Assembly (NCBI GenBank): GCA_963718615.1
Contig: OY970368.1
Coordinates: 5,024,001 to 5,088,000 of the forward strand
Length of the DNA stretch: 64,000 nucleotides
Direction: 5' to 3'
Origin: an uncultured cyanobacterium
Lineage (GTDB): Bacteria; Cyanobacteriota; Cyanobacteriia; PCC-9006; JAAUQQ01
Position 1 is the first letter of the stretch; each line of letters starts with the position of its first letter. The translations under genes were made by a program, and so were the position numbers. Shown here piece after piece: positions 8,601 to 18,225 of the stretch. The notes beneath the pieces were generated by a model that was not told where the DNA came from, searched no databases, and saw only the letters and a program-made list of their open reading frames with translations.

Positions 8601-10635
8601 CTTCGTGGGAGGCTTGGACCCAGTCCTTTTGCGATCGCGTCGCCAGAAATGTCACCTCGGGCTCCAAATCCGGGGGCAGCGGCATAACGACCCCCCCACT
8701 GGCCACCAACCGAGATTCGATCAAGGTTTCGAGCATTGCCGCCAGTTCTTCTCCCCGTGGCGTTGGACCAATGCCCAGGTCCAACTTCGAGACCATGCGT
8801 AGGGAATCCGGTGCCCCATCACCGAGCTGCGTCAGTGCCAGAAAAATCCGCTGGACAAGGCTTTGCTCGGAAGGGGAAAGATCGCTCAGAAGCTGAGTTG
8901 CCTGGTGAACTAACAGCCCTCGAATACCGCCCAGCTCCGCATAGGTCTTCAGGCGAAAAATGCGATCGGGCGTCGAGCCCGCTTGGGCCTCCCAGATGGA
9001 GTGCAGGACCAACTGCACCAAGGCCATCCGCGCTGGCGAAGTGGCGATATCGGCGAGGACCACCGCTGGTAATAGTGCTTCACACTGCCATCCCACCCGT
9101 TGGAGGGGTTTGACAATGGCAGCCTCTAGGGCGGGGCCACTGAGGGGATCGACGGTAATCAGTTGGGAGGGACCTTGGTGGAGCAGTTCGGTGATGGGAT
9201 AACAGGCCTCCCAATAATCGGACCGCACGGCGATCGCCACCCGCACCCAGTCCGACTCCTCCTGTAACAGCGTCACCAAATTTGCCACCACATGTTGACG
9301 GATCATCTCCATATCCCGATCCGTGGAAGGCTGGAGCAGCGCTTCAAAGGGATCGAGAACCAGCAATAGCTTTACCCGACTAGCCATCCAACCGCTGGGC
9401 CGTAGCGTCCGCACCAGTTGCAACAGCCCCCGCGTATCCGAGGCCAGCAACAAACTATTGCGACGCATTTGTTCGCCCCGCTCCCACTCAGTGGTCTGGG
9501 CATCGACGAAGGCCGCAGCCAGATCGAGCAGGGGTTGATTGTGTTGACCCAGATGCACGGACTTGAGTAACCAAGGGGTCTGGGTTTGTCGCTGGAGTGC
9601 AGGTAGTAGACCCGCTTGAATCAGCGACGTTTTGCCGCTACTGGCTCCCCCCACAATGGAGACCAAACTGTGATTAAACAAGGCTTCCAGCAGCGTTTGC
9701 ACCAGCTCATCCCGCCCCGTAAAGGCATAGGCTTGTTCTAGGCTAAAGGCATGCAGCCCAGGAAACGGACAAGGGGGAAAAGCCGGTGACGGAGGCGGAG
9801 CGGATGGCGGAACTGATTGGGACGCGGCTGGGGACACGGCTGGGGACGCGGCTTGCGCTGAGTCCGGAAAAGCCGAGTCAGGAATCGTTTTCGCACCGGA
9901 TGGAGCAGCCAAAACCCGAGCACGGGTCAAAACGATTTCGCCGCCTGAATTTTCAAAGAGCGGCTGCTGCAACTCGCCCTTCAGTTGTGTGCTAACCCAG
10001 TCTGTCAAGGCATAATTGGTAACACAACCCGCCATCAGTCGCTGGGGCACAAGACCTTCCAACAGGGCTTCCGTCAGCACACTATACTCACTTTGCAAAG
10101 ACTCATAGGCCGCTTCATACTCCCGCGAAGCCGCCATCAAAAAGCGCGAAGTGCCGGGTTGAGCCCCCGGATCCACCTCGGAAAAATTCAGCAATGCCCC
10201 ACTGTGACAACAATCCAGCCAAATCACCCGCTGCCGCACCGGGCTCTCCTGCAACAGTCGCCGCAGCCAAAACAGCGACAGACCATAGAGGCTCTGCTCG
10301 GGATTGACATCGCTCGTGGCCAGATAGCCCTCATGGATGCCCTGTTCCTTCTGCAACCCATGACCCGAAAAATAGAACAACGCCGTGTCCGGGACCGTCG
10401 GCCCCTTGGGCTTAAACAGTTTGACCAGCGCGGTTTCCAATTGCTGGACGGTGAGCGGGGTTCGTTGGCCGATTTTGGGCTGGCCCGCTTGAATGATTTC
10501 CGGCAGCCGTTGCACCCGAAAATCGCCGTCTTGACTCAGTCGTTGGGCGATCGCCTCTGCATCCCGAGCCGGTGCGCCCAAGCTGGGCAAGACCTGATAG
10601 TGGTTCAAACCGACCACCAGGGCATCTCTTGACAT
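5611..10635 (-). CDS. Caspase (peptidase C14) - STAND NTPase (nSTAND1-like) - TM - WD40 repeat protein
   Basis: FYFSGHG and LDCCHSG dyad, CPFPGL, Walker A GGASSGKTS, HEALIRDWP, many WD repeats. Start at MSRDALVVG inferred. Confidence 0.9.
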   Translation of the reverse strand: MSRDALVVGLNHYQVLPSLGAPARDAEAIAQRLSQDGDFRVQRLPEIIQAGQPKIGQRTPLTVQQLETALVKLFKPKGPTVPDTALFYFSGHGLQKEQGIHEGYLATSDVNPEQSLYGLSLFWLRRLLQESPVRQRVIWLDCCHSGALLNFSEVDPGAQPGTSRFLMAASREYEAAYESLQSEYSVLTEALLEGLVPQRLMAGCVTNYALTDWVSTQLKGELQQPLFENSGGEIVLTRARVLAAPSGAKTIPDSAFPDSAQAASPAVSPAASQSVPPSAPPPSPAFPPCPFPGLHAFSLEQAYAFTGRDELVQTLLEALFNHSLVSIVGGASSGKTSLIQAGLLPALQRQTQTPWLLKSVHLGQHNQPLLDLAAAFVDAQTTEWERGEQMRRNSLLLASDTRGLLQLVRTLRPSGWMASRVKLLLVLDPFEALLQPSTDRDMEMIRQHVVANLVTLLQEESDWVRVAIAVRSDYWEACYPITELLHQGPSQLITVDPLSGPALEAAIVKPLQRVGWQCEALLPAVVLADIATSPARMALVQLVLHSIWEAQAGSTPDRIFRLKTYAELGGIRGLLVHQATQLLSDLSPSEQSLVQRIFLALTQLGDGAPDSLRMVSKLDLGIGPTPRGEELAAMLETLIESRLVASGGVVMPLPPDLEPEVTFLATRSQKDWVQASHEALIRDWPDLRQWLKTDRDRLTQQRWIEAAAKEWCDRNELFSGEGWLQGTKLRAAEAYLRNHPEDLSSIAQHYIHLSQKENQKLRHSSRLLQVGLPSALTATLFAVVHQYWSGSHPPAAQTLPSRQAAQKILANDEADPTPALLLSRWTMPPSPEQVLDPASDQLLREALRSMQLRAEYKTRTAPRSLQWSSQQPLIAGIDPMGQAYFWKVGPILDQQQSARIQQKLVWPQEPAATRASRLMQSLLAQPAMASAGSLQTTRNVGVGPDLQRFAFVDTSSRPVAEVRITGLSLSPTGDQLAAMTPDRPEIAIWSLPSGQVKQVLTDLPIPPEQILYSPTQPRLAAIAGRLVYLWDTEGTKPRFLGTLDHDTPVEQMQFSEDGRYLLTSGGDRRLRLWDLETGIQELELSASTPITQIRLSPKLGPQTGAIAAVGHNGTLYLWDRATGELRHQLRVTASLQIQTGQPQQLDFSTDGSQVISVQGNRAWLWDAATGELQNLLQLTEGADVPLVRLKGDRTQLLAIQPHAAQLWDLKTGHRQAVLREADEASDLLDARFSPDGNTLVTVNARHLQFWDAQPGYELPPLHTEGIRQGFAQVFPRASVEPILEPMAAASSQSEAQPAPVPDRLLAPLRWLGLQPRQPFQVRSTRPTGLEFLLLDSAGQLNRWNIPQGFQQETAVLDIEPHSPIQLADWTGDFQTVATAHANGDIQVWDLRRAEILVTDLDPLDATVNPNLDPDLESQGTTDSAPSSPALQTLELSPEGRSLLAIDRHQQLHLWDTDSGQQALWPQALGAIASAQFSHDGRRLLTVSPTGTVTLWAVKTGKQLHRFELPGIAIAHLDPSGKTLAATFSDGALTLIDLKTGQTQSLGQGPEPGAKMSPIRDLAFSPEGQQLATGHRDGTVRLWSIKTGQITLLETPLETPQDVTEGIVQVTYSPDGQFIAAVNTEGTVAFWAATAKSLRKLARDRSFRQLTPQECLDYLQLSAADCPRLPLQGDP

Positions 10636-11027
10636 AGCACAATGCTTGAATGAATTGGACTGAATCCGGTCGCCTGGGGTATTGGGACAAAAGGGGATGG
10701 ACAAGTTGCCCATCCCACTTGATCAACACCTCGACGATGCACCCTAAGCTGGCCCCAAAACTGGAGCCTGCACCCTGAATTGGCGATGCAACCTTGGACG
10801 AAGAAAGCTGGCTAGGAATTATGCATCGCCGGAATCGCCCTCTAGAGACGCTTCTCTTGCTTTCTTCGCTGGCCGCAGATGCGTTTTCTTGCAGCCTTGT
10901 GGTTGTTAAAGTAACCAAGGAAAGGGGGAGTGTAAAAAGGGTGTCGCTCCTCGCGTAAGGCCACGGAAGCCCCATCCTCTCTTGCTTTTCAGCCCTCAAA
11001 ACTTCCGTGGATTCACCCTCGTCGACG

Positions 11028-12614
11028 TTATTTCTGTAGGGGGATTTGGGATGCGATCACCCGCTGCTGCCTCCACGCCCCAATCCACCGCCGCCAGCCC
11101 CAGCCAAGGCACCAACCCAAGCCCACCACCCCCAGGGAAAAGAGCCAAATCCTCAAACGAAAGCCTTGACCGAATTGCATGATGGCTTCGAGCAGCAGGG
11201 TGGGCACGATCGCCCCCAACAGCCCCAGGGCGATCGCCCAGGACGTGGAAATGTTGCGGTTCAAATCGCGGTTTTGCGATCCATAGCCCTGGATTAATTG
11301 TAGCCAGTAATTCAAACCCCAGCCCCAGGGAATGAGCCAGATGAAGTAATACATCCCTCGCAAGCCCAAGCCTCCAGGGGTCACGCGCAGGCGGCTGAGG
11401 CGATGGGGTAAAACATATTCAAACAGGGTTAGATCTGGAGTTAAGCGGAGGCTTCGAGACAGTTTTTGGCCATCACAAAAGATATCGAGGACATGGCCTT
11501 GATAGCGAATCACAAGATGATGAAAAGCCAAATCTTGGAAAACATTGGGAACTCGCAGCACCGGCCATAAATCTCCCTGTTGTCGGGTCACAGGCGTGCG
11601 CAATCGCAGGATCAAATCTCGATTCAATTGGCCCACCCAGAAATTAGAATTCCAGGCATTCTCGGCCATAGAAAAAATCACCGCAGGACCCTCTTGCTCT
11701 AGGGATTGAGTGGCGATGACCGCACTCCAGGTAAATTCTGAATGGGTTCGGAGCGATCGCACAATCCGTCGTGATTCCCCTAAGGTCGTCAACGGCGGCA
11801 GATCCTGCCCCCCTTGGAGCGGCACAGGGGGCTGGAGTTGCAGAAGCACCTCGGGCAGATGGGATTGTATCTGGTCTAACTGGGTGGGATTGGGATCGGT
11901 TAAATGTTTTAGCTGGGCATCAGAGAGGGCGCGATCGCTCCAGACAAGCGCTGCCACTTCCCCCGCCCAAGGGCGATCGCCCCGACCCGCATGGCCCACC
12001 TGGACCGGAAAATCTTCGTTCCAATTAATCAAGCGAGCCAGACGATGGAGCTTGGCCGTCGTGCCCAAACAGAGCAACAGCCAAATGCACAGAACGATGG
12101 CCCATACCCGAGGGGTTTGGAGCCGCTGCTGCAACCGCCAGAGCCAGCGGGGGCGGGTCTCTCGACTCAAGGCATTCCAGAGGAATCCTCCCAGTAAGCC
12201 TCCGAAGCCATTGAATCTCACATCGCTAAAACTGCTGGTTCGGCTGGGCATCAAGGCTTGAAGCCCCTCGACCCCCAACGACAACAACACACTCAACCCC
12301 AGACTGAGTCCCAGGCGTTGCAGGCGATCGCGGCGGGAGGCGACCACAGTGCGGGAACGATCGCGCCCTCCCAATCCAGCCAAGGCCCAACCCCAGGGGA
12401 TAAACAGCAAGATATTGCTAATGCGATCGCCCGTATAGCTGGCGGAGGTGAAGAATTCCTGTAAGGCCAAGGGCAACGGCTTGAGGGCAGCCCCCTGAAA
12501 ATTAAAGGGATAGAGGGTTGCCACCCCAATCACGACCAAACTCACCCCTAAACAAATCCGAGCGGCTCGGTGGGCCAGCGAGCGATGGAATCGCGATTGA
12601 TTGAAGGGCGACAT
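11028..12614 (-). CDS. VanZ-family membrane protein with LamG/ConA-like domain
   Basis: ATLYPFNF, NILLFIPWG, VEGLQ-x4-RTSSFSD VanZ motifs, then a LamG-like beta domain. Confidence 0.8.
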   Translation of the reverse strand: MSPFNQSRFHRSLAHRAARICLGVSLVVIGVATLYPFNFQGAALKPLPLALQEFFTSASYTGDRISNILLFIPWGWALAGLGGRDRSRTVVASRRDRLQRLGLSLGLSVLLSLGVEGLQALMPSRTSSFSDVRFNGFGGLLGGFLWNALSRETRPRWLWRLQQRLQTPRVWAIVLCIWLLLCLGTTAKLHRLARLINWNEDFPVQVGHAGRGDRPWAGEVAALVWSDRALSDAQLKHLTDPNPTQLDQIQSHLPEVLLQLQPPVPLQGGQDLPPLTTLGESRRIVRSLRTHSEFTWSAVIATQSLEQEGPAVIFSMAENAWNSNFWVGQLNRDLILRLRTPVTRQQGDLWPVLRVPNVFQDLAFHHLVIRYQGHVLDIFCDGQKLSRSLRLTPDLTLFEYVLPHRLSRLRVTPGGLGLRGMYYFIWLIPWGWGLNYWLQLIQGYGSQNRDLNRNISTSWAIALGLLGAIVPTLLLEAIMQFGQGFRLRIWLFSLGVVGLGWCLGWGWRRWIGAWRQQRVIASQIPLQK

Positions 12615-12829
12615 GGGTGTGTCTTGATAATCCCAAGGAAAGTGATAATCCCAAGGAAGGTGATGAAGGAATAGTGATTAAAGTAACATCTTCCTCGGCA
12701 AAACTATAGGTCGCCCGCGTGCCCGCCCGATCCCCTGCCGGATCCTTCATTCGAATCCCTCCCCCCAAAAGAACGACCCAGGCCCTAACCACCCATAATG
12801 GAAAGGGTGTTATTTGACCTCCTGCTTTC

Positions 12830-13585
12830 ATGTTTGGTTCGATGCTTGATTTGATATTTGGCTCGATGGATGTCCAGCGTTTTGTCCAGCGTTTTGTAAG
12901 GCATTTTGCACGGTATTTAGTACGGTATTGGGTGAAGCCGGTTGTGGCGATCGCCCTCTGTGGGGCGATCGCGTCCTGCAGCAACTCCGGACCCGCCCTA
13001 GGGGAGCCGACTCAATCCCCTCCTCAAATCCGCACTCAATCTTCCGCCCCAGGATCTGCCAAGGCCACCTTTGCCGGGGGCTGTTTCTGGTGCATGGAGC
13101 AACCGTTTGATCAGTTACCGGGGGTAATCTCCACCACCTCGGGCTACACGGGGGGAACACAGCCCAATCCGACGTACAAACAAGTGTCCTCCGGCACCAC
13201 CGGCCATACGGAATCGGTCCGGGTGGAGTACAACCCGGCTCAAGTCAGTTATGAGACCCTGCTCCAGACCTATTGGCACAATATCGATCCGCTGGATGCC
13301 AAGGGACAGTTCTGCGACAAGGGCAATCAGTATCGATCGGCGATTTTCTACGAAACCCCTAAGCAAAAAAAGTTAGCGCAAACCTCCAAACAAGCCCTGG
13401 AAAAATCCGGTCAATTCCAGCAACCCATTGCCACAGAAATTGTCGCGGCCAGCACATTTTATCCAGCGGAGGATTACCACCAGAATTTCTATCAAACCCA
13501 TACGGCTAAATATAAGTTCTATCGGTTGGGTTGCGGTCGCGATCGCCGTCTTCAGCAGGTTTGGGGAGACGCTGCGGGTCACTAA
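12830..13585 (+). CDS. msrA: Peptide-methionine (S)-S-oxide reductase, probable lipoprotein (true start likely GTG at 12931)
   Basis: FAGGCFWC, GYTGG, GNQYRSAIF, AEDYHQ motifs. Lipobox-like IASC. Confidence 0.95.
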   Translation: MFGSMLDLIFGSMDVQRFVQRFVRHFARYLVRYWVKPVVAIALCGAIASCSNSGPALGEPTQSPPQIRTQSSAPGSAKATFAGGCFWCMEQPFDQLPGVISTTSGYTGGTQPNPTYKQVSSGTTGHTESVRVEYNPAQVSYETLLQTYWHNIDPLDAKGQFCDKGNQYRSAIFYETPKQKKLAQTSKQALEKSGQFQQPIATEIVAASTFYPAEDYHQNFYQTHTAKYKFYRLGCGRDRRLQQVWGDAAGH

Positions 13586-13599
13586 GACCGTCAATTTCT

Positions 13600-14067
13600 A
13601 TGAAGAAACAGGACTCTTCCCTGCCCTTGATTGGCTGGCGTGAATGGGTGGCACTGCCGCAGTTGGGCATCTCCCGTATCAAAGTCAAAGTGGACACAGG
13701 GGCTCGATCTTCGGCGCTCCATGCCTATGAGATTAAAAGCTTTAAGCGCAGCGGCAAAGCGATGGTTCGATTTAAGGTCCATCCGCTGCAAAACAACAGT
13801 AGTAAACTCGTTACCGTCGAAGCTGAGCTGATTGACGAGCGTTCCGTGCGCAGTTCCATTGGCAAAGCCCAACTCCGTCCGGTCATCCGCACACCGATTA
13901 TTTTGGCGGGCAAGCTTTGGCCGATTGAACTCACCCTCACCAACCGCGATGCCATGGGGTTTCGGATGCTCCTAGGCCGTCAAGCGGTCCGCAAACGGTT
14001 TCTGATTGATCCCGGTCATTCCTTCGTCCAAGGCACCAAGCCGATCGCGCCCTGCGCCGAATCCTAG
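13600..14067 (+). CDS. RimK-associated putative aspartyl/'ATP-dependent zinc' protease
   Basis: IGWREW, KVDTGARSSALH, MGFRMLLGR. Directly upstream of rimK. Confidence 0.9.
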   Translation: MKKQDSSLPLIGWREWVALPQLGISRIKVKVDTGARSSALHAYEIKSFKRSGKAMVRFKVHPLQNNSSKLVTVEAELIDERSVRSSIGKAQLRPVIRTPIILAGKLWPIELTLTNRDAMGFRMLLGRQAVRKRFLIDPGHSFVQGTKPIAPCAES

Positions 14068-14088
14068 CCCCCTCCGCTTGACCTCGCC

Positions 14089-14991
14089 ATGAAAATTGCC
14101 ATTCTCTCCCGCGATGCTACGCTCTACTCCACCCTGCGCCTCAAGGAAGCCGGGGAACAACGGGGCCATGAAGTCCGCATCATCGACCACATGCGCTGCT
14201 ACATGGACATCACCTCCCAATCGCCCAAACTGCTGTATCAAGGCAAACCACTCGATCAAATTGAGGCAGTGATCCCTCGGATTGGGGCATCGAAGACCTT
14301 TTACGGCACGGCGGTGGTGCGACAGTTTGAGGTGATGGGGGTGTTTGTGGCCAATGACTCCCAGGCGATCGCCCGCTCCCGCGACAAACTGCGCTGTCTA
14401 CAGATTCTCTCGAAGCAGGGTCTAGGGCTACCGGTGACGGGATTTGCCCACTCCACCAAGGATATTGACGGTTTGATTGACCTGGTGGGCGGAGCACCGC
14501 TGGTGATTAAGCTCCTAGAGGGCACCCAGGGGATCGGCGTAGTCCTGGCAGAAACGCGCCAGGCGGCCAAGTCTGTGATCGAAGCCTTTCGGGGATTGGA
14601 TGCCAATATTTTGGTGCAAGAATTTATTAAGGAAGCGGGGGGGGCCGATATTCGCTGTCTGGTGATTGGGGACAAAGTGGTCACCGCCATGCAGCGCCAG
14701 GGGGCACCGGGAGAATTTCGCTCCAATGTCCATCGGGGGGGATCCACCAGCCAGGTGCGGCTGTCCCCGGAGGAACGCAGCACAGCGATTCAGGCCGCCA
14801 AGGCCATGGGGCTGAAGGTAGCCGGGGTGGATATTCTGCGCTCCCATCGCGGCCCTTTGATTATGGAGGTCAACTCCTCACCAGGACTAGAAGGCATCGA
14901 GAAGGCCACGGGCGTTGATGTGGCGGGCCGAATTATTGAGTTTGTCGAGCGGAACACAGGCCGTCGAAAGCGCAGCCTGTCGAAGCATTAG
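14089..14991 (+). CDS. rimK: 30S ribosomal protein S6--L-glutamate ligase
   Basis: ATP-grasp motifs [34 protein letters not shown]. Confidence 0.95.
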   Translation: MKIAILSRDATLYSTLRLKEAGEQRGHEVRIIDHMRCYMDITSQSPKLLYQGKPLDQIEAVIPRIGASKTFYGTAVVRQFEVMGVFVANDSQAIARSRDKLRCLQILSKQGLGLPVTGFAHSTKDIDGLIDLVGGAPLVIKLLEGTQGIGVVLAETRQAAKSVIEAFRGLDANILVQEFIKEAGGADIRCLVIGDKVVTAMQRQGAPGEFRSNVHRGGSTSQVRLSPEERSTAIQAAKAMGLKVAGVDILRSHRGPLIMEVNSSPGLEGIEKATGVDVAGRIIEFVERNTGRRKRSLSKH

Positions 14992-14999
14992 GAAGCATT

Positions 15000-15266
15000 T
15001 CAAGGGGCAGCCCGCCGTTTGGTCACCGTTTCAAAAAAGATTTTGCGGGCCGGTGCCATCATCTCATCGGGCATTGCTTCTAGAAAGCCTTTGATGGCTT
15101 CCGGATCCCGCAGATCGACCTCGGCGGAGGCCGTCAGCAAAAACAGCCAGATAATATGCCGTCCCCAGAGGTCTTCGATCGGATCCTGCAAAAACTGCTC
15201 ATCCAATTCTTCGGCGTACTTGGCCGCAACCCAAGCCAACAGCGGAGCTAATTGTTGCTGATTCAA
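15000..15266 (-). CDS. Hypothetical protein (TTG start inferred)
   Basis: AGGAG 7 nt before an in-frame TTG at 15266. This start avoids overlap with the rhomboid gene. Confidence 0.5.
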   Translation of the reverse strand: MNQQQLAPLLAWVAAKYAEELDEQFLQDPIEDLWGRHIIWLFLLTASAEVDLRDPEAIKGFLEAMPDEMMAPARKIFFETVTKRRAAP

Positions 15267-15319
15267 ACTGATTCTCCTAAGGGTGTTCTCTAAAATTATA
15301 TTTTCTAGGTTCAACACCC

Positions 15320-16912
15320 ATGAGCTTTGAAGGCCTGCTGGTTCAAATTGTCCTCTTTTCCTGTTTGGCGATGCTGATTCAGGCTCGGCAGATTGCACGG
15401 GGGTATGGGATCGCGGCGGTGTTCAATCTAGCCCTACTCCTAGCCCTACTTTGGCAGTTTCCCCACTGGGCCGGTTGGTTGAGTGGCACGGTGTGGGCTA
15501 TGACGTTTTTGTTGCCGCTGCTGGTCTCGGCTCGACTGCGGTTCTTGATGCTGCGAGAAGAGTATCAAGGGGCGGCTCGGCTGGTGCGCCGTTGGCCTTG
15601 GCTGGGGCCGTGGGGCGGGTATTTTGCTCAACCGGCGCTGGTGGAGGGATTGGCCATTGCCCAAGCCGGTGATCTCGAAACTGCATTGCAACACTTAGGG
15701 CGCGATCGCAATCAACCCGGATCCCCAGGCCAGATCGCCAACACGATTTTCTATCAGCTCTCGGCCCAGTGGCCAGAATTGCTGGCTTGGATGCAGATTA
15801 ACTTTACGGAATCTCAGTGGACACAGGTGCCTATCCTCGTAGCGATCGCCCATGTCCGTGCCCTAGGAGAAACCCACCACCGGGAAGCCATGGTCCGGGC
15901 CTTTGCCAAGCTCAATCAAACGGAGGCGTTCCAGCGCGATCGCGATTCCCTCAACCATCTGCGGATGATCGTTGCCGCGTTCTGTGGCAAAACAATTTTG
16001 GTTCAGCAACTGCTCTCGACGACCCTGAAACTTTCGGAACCCTCACAGCAGTTTTGGCGGGCAACGGCGTTGCTGGCCCAGAAGCATCAGGCGGAGAGAA
16101 GACAGGGGAGCCAGCAGTTGGAGACGCTACAACAATCCGGGAGCGGGATTTGGCAGGGGGCGATCGCCTACCGACTCCAGCATCCTCCTCCGGCCACCAC
16201 CGCGTCCCTCTCCCCCTCAGCTGCTCAAATCCTGCAACAGCTTGAAACTGAGGTCCAAAACGACCTCAAGGCCGGTCCTCTGCCCTTTGCTCGGCAACAG
16301 CAGCGAGCTTGGCTGACCTATGGGCTGATCGGTTTGAATTGCGCTGTTTTTCTCGCTGAAATTGGGGCCGAAATTGGGGCCAAAATTGGGGCCGAATGGG
16401 TCAGTCCATTCCTAGGCTCCTCCTACACCACAACATTGTTTTTATCGGGTGCATTGGTCCCGAGTCGAGTCCTGGCGGGGGAGTGGTGGCGGCTGGGCAG
16501 CGCTATCTTTTTACATGCCAACTTTGTGCATTTATTTTCTAATATGCTAGGGCTGTTTTTCTATGGTTCTTTTGTAGAGTCGCGATTGGGGGGGCTAAAA
16601 CTGGGGTTCGTTTATGGGATCGCAGGCATCGGCTCCATGGTCGGCATGATGGCAGTCGCGCTCATCCAGGGGGAACCGGAGTTGTATGGCATCGGAGCGT
16701 CGGGAGCGGTGATGGGCTTGTTAGGGGTGATGGTGGCGATCGGTCTCAAGGGATGGCAAGCCTCGAAGTCGGTGTTGGCGGGGCGAAATTTGCGATTACT
16801 GGTAATTTTGATTGTGCTACAAACCCTGTCAGATTTCGCAATTCCCCAGGTCAGCGCGTCGGCGCATTTATCGGGGTTGGCGATCGGTTTTTTACTGGGA
16901 TTGAGTTTGTAG
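15320..16912 (+). CDS. Rhomboid-family intramembrane serine protease with N-terminal extension
   Basis: GEWWRL, FLHANFVHLFSN, GASG, SAHLSG. Confidence 0.92.
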   Translation: MSFEGLLVQIVLFSCLAMLIQARQIARGYGIAAVFNLALLLALLWQFPHWAGWLSGTVWAMTFLLPLLVSARLRFLMLREEYQGAARLVRRWPWLGPWGGYFAQPALVEGLAIAQAGDLETALQHLGRDRNQPGSPGQIANTIFYQLSAQWPELLAWMQINFTESQWTQVPILVAIAHVRALGETHHREAMVRAFAKLNQTEAFQRDRDSLNHLRMIVAAFCGKTILVQQLLSTTLKLSEPSQQFWRATALLAQKHQAERRQGSQQLETLQQSGSGIWQGAIAYRLQHPPPATTASLSPSAAQILQQLETEVQNDLKAGPLPFARQQQRAWLTYGLIGLNCAVFLAEIGAEIGAKIGAEWVSPFLGSSYTTTLFLSGALVPSRVLAGEWWRLGSAIFLHANFVHLFSNMLGLFFYGSFVESRLGGLKLGFVYGIAGIGSMVGMMAVALIQGEPELYGIGASGAVMGLLGVMVAIGLKGWQASKSVLAGRNLRLLVILIVLQTLSDFAIPQVSASAHLSGLAIGFLLGLSL

Positions 16913-16936
16913 GGACGAACCGCAATTCGTCCCTAC
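16909..16936. repeat. GTAG-type REP-like palindrome / bidirectional terminator
   Basis: GTAGGGACGAA-ccgcaa-TTCGTCCCTAC between convergent genes. Confidence 0.65.
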
Positions 16937-16957
16937 AGCGCGATGGCCCATCGCAAC

Positions 16958-17422
16958 TTAACCGAGGGCTTGTTCGATGGTGGCGTTTAGATCCGCATCA
17001 TCGGGTGTAGTTTGGGGCTCAAAGCGAGCGACAACCTGGCCATCACGTCCCACAACAAATTTGCCAAAGTTCCAAGCAATATCGGGACCCTCACCCACCA
17101 AAAACTGATACAGCGGGCTGCGATCGGGGCCGTTAACATCCTGCTTTTCGAGCAGCGTGAACTCGACATCGTACTTGGTTTTGGTGAAGTCTTTGATCTC
17201 TTCTGGGGTACCGGGTTCCTGTCCCCCAAACTGGTTGCAGGGGACGCCAACGATGACGAGACCGCGATCGCTATATTTCTGGTCTAGCTCCACGAGGCCA
17301 TCGTATTGCTTGGTGAGACCGCACTTACTCGCAACGTTGACAAAGAGAACAACTTTATTTTCCAGGGTTTCGGGAGACAGCGGTGCACCGTCGAGGGTTG
17401 AGAGGTTAGTGGGTAGGGACAT
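16958..17422 (-). CDS. gpx: Glutathione peroxidase (Cys type)
   Basis: VNVASKCG, PCNQFGGQEPG, WNFGKF. Confidence 0.95.
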   Translation of the reverse strand: MSLPTNLSTLDGAPLSPETLENKVVLFVNVASKCGLTKQYDGLVELDQKYSDRGLVIVGVPCNQFGGQEPGTPEEIKDFTKTKYDVEFTLLEKQDVNGPDRSPLYQFLVGEGPDIAWNFGKFVVGRDGQVVARFEPQTTPDDADLNATIEQALG

Positions 17423-17607
17423 GGTGATCTATGTTCAGTCTTTACAACGACTCCATTATCAGTCATTCATCCAAGTGTTTCAAACCCATTAAAAACAATC
17501 CTTAAAAACAATCCTACAGATAGAAGCGAATCCCTCGGCTCTTTCTATAGGCTGAATTGGAAAACTGTGGCGACAAAGCGAAAGCGCAAGATTAGCCATC
17601 AGAATTA

Positions 17608-18126
17608 ATGAGGACAATAGAAATGTTTAATGGTTGGTCTTCTCTCGCCCATACCGTCTGGGTTGGTAGTCTGGCATATGTCATTATCATCTTCTTATTG
17701 CGAATCTCCGGGAAACGAACGCTCTCAAAGTGGAACTCGTTTGATTTCGTGGTTACGATCGCCTTTGGGTCAATTCTAGCTTCGTTGTTATTATCAAAAG
17801 AAACCTCCTTATTTCAAGGAGTCTTGGGATTTGGCCTGCTGATTCTCTACCAGTTTGTGTTGACTTGGAGTGCCGCGCGATCGCCATGGATCCAGAACCT
17901 CATCAAAGCAAAGCCAACGCTACTTTTATACAAGGGACAGTTTTGCCAAAAGGCGCTAAAGAATCAACGGGTGACTGAGGGAGAAGTTCTAGCGGCCATT
18001 CGTGGACAAGGCGTTGATGATGAGCATCAGATTGGAGCTGTGGTTTTAGAAACGGATGGCAGTTTCAGCATCATCAAAACGCTTACCCCTACTTCTTCTG
18101 CGCTGAGAGATGTAGAGGGATTTTGA
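17608..18126 (+). CDS. DUF421/YetF family membrane protein
   Basis: LRISGKRTLSK-x-NSFDFVVTIAFGS, VVLETDGSFS. Confidence 0.88.
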   Translation: MRTIEMFNGWSSLAHTVWVGSLAYVIIIFLLRISGKRTLSKWNSFDFVVTIAFGSILASLLLSKETSLFQGVLGFGLLILYQFVLTWSAARSPWIQNLIKAKPTLLLYKGQFCQKALKNQRVTEGEVLAAIRGQGVDDEHQIGAVVLETDGSFSIIKTLTPTSSALRDVEGF

Positions 18127-18225
18127 GAACTGTATCTAAACCTGTATCTAAACACTGTATCTCAATTGCATTTAGACAGCGTCTATAAGACCAATCAATG
18201 TGAATCTCTTTCTCAGGATTCTAGG

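Noticed and set aside
16958-17422. Selenocysteine recoding in glutathione peroxidase
   Set aside because: The active-site codon is Cys (TGC).
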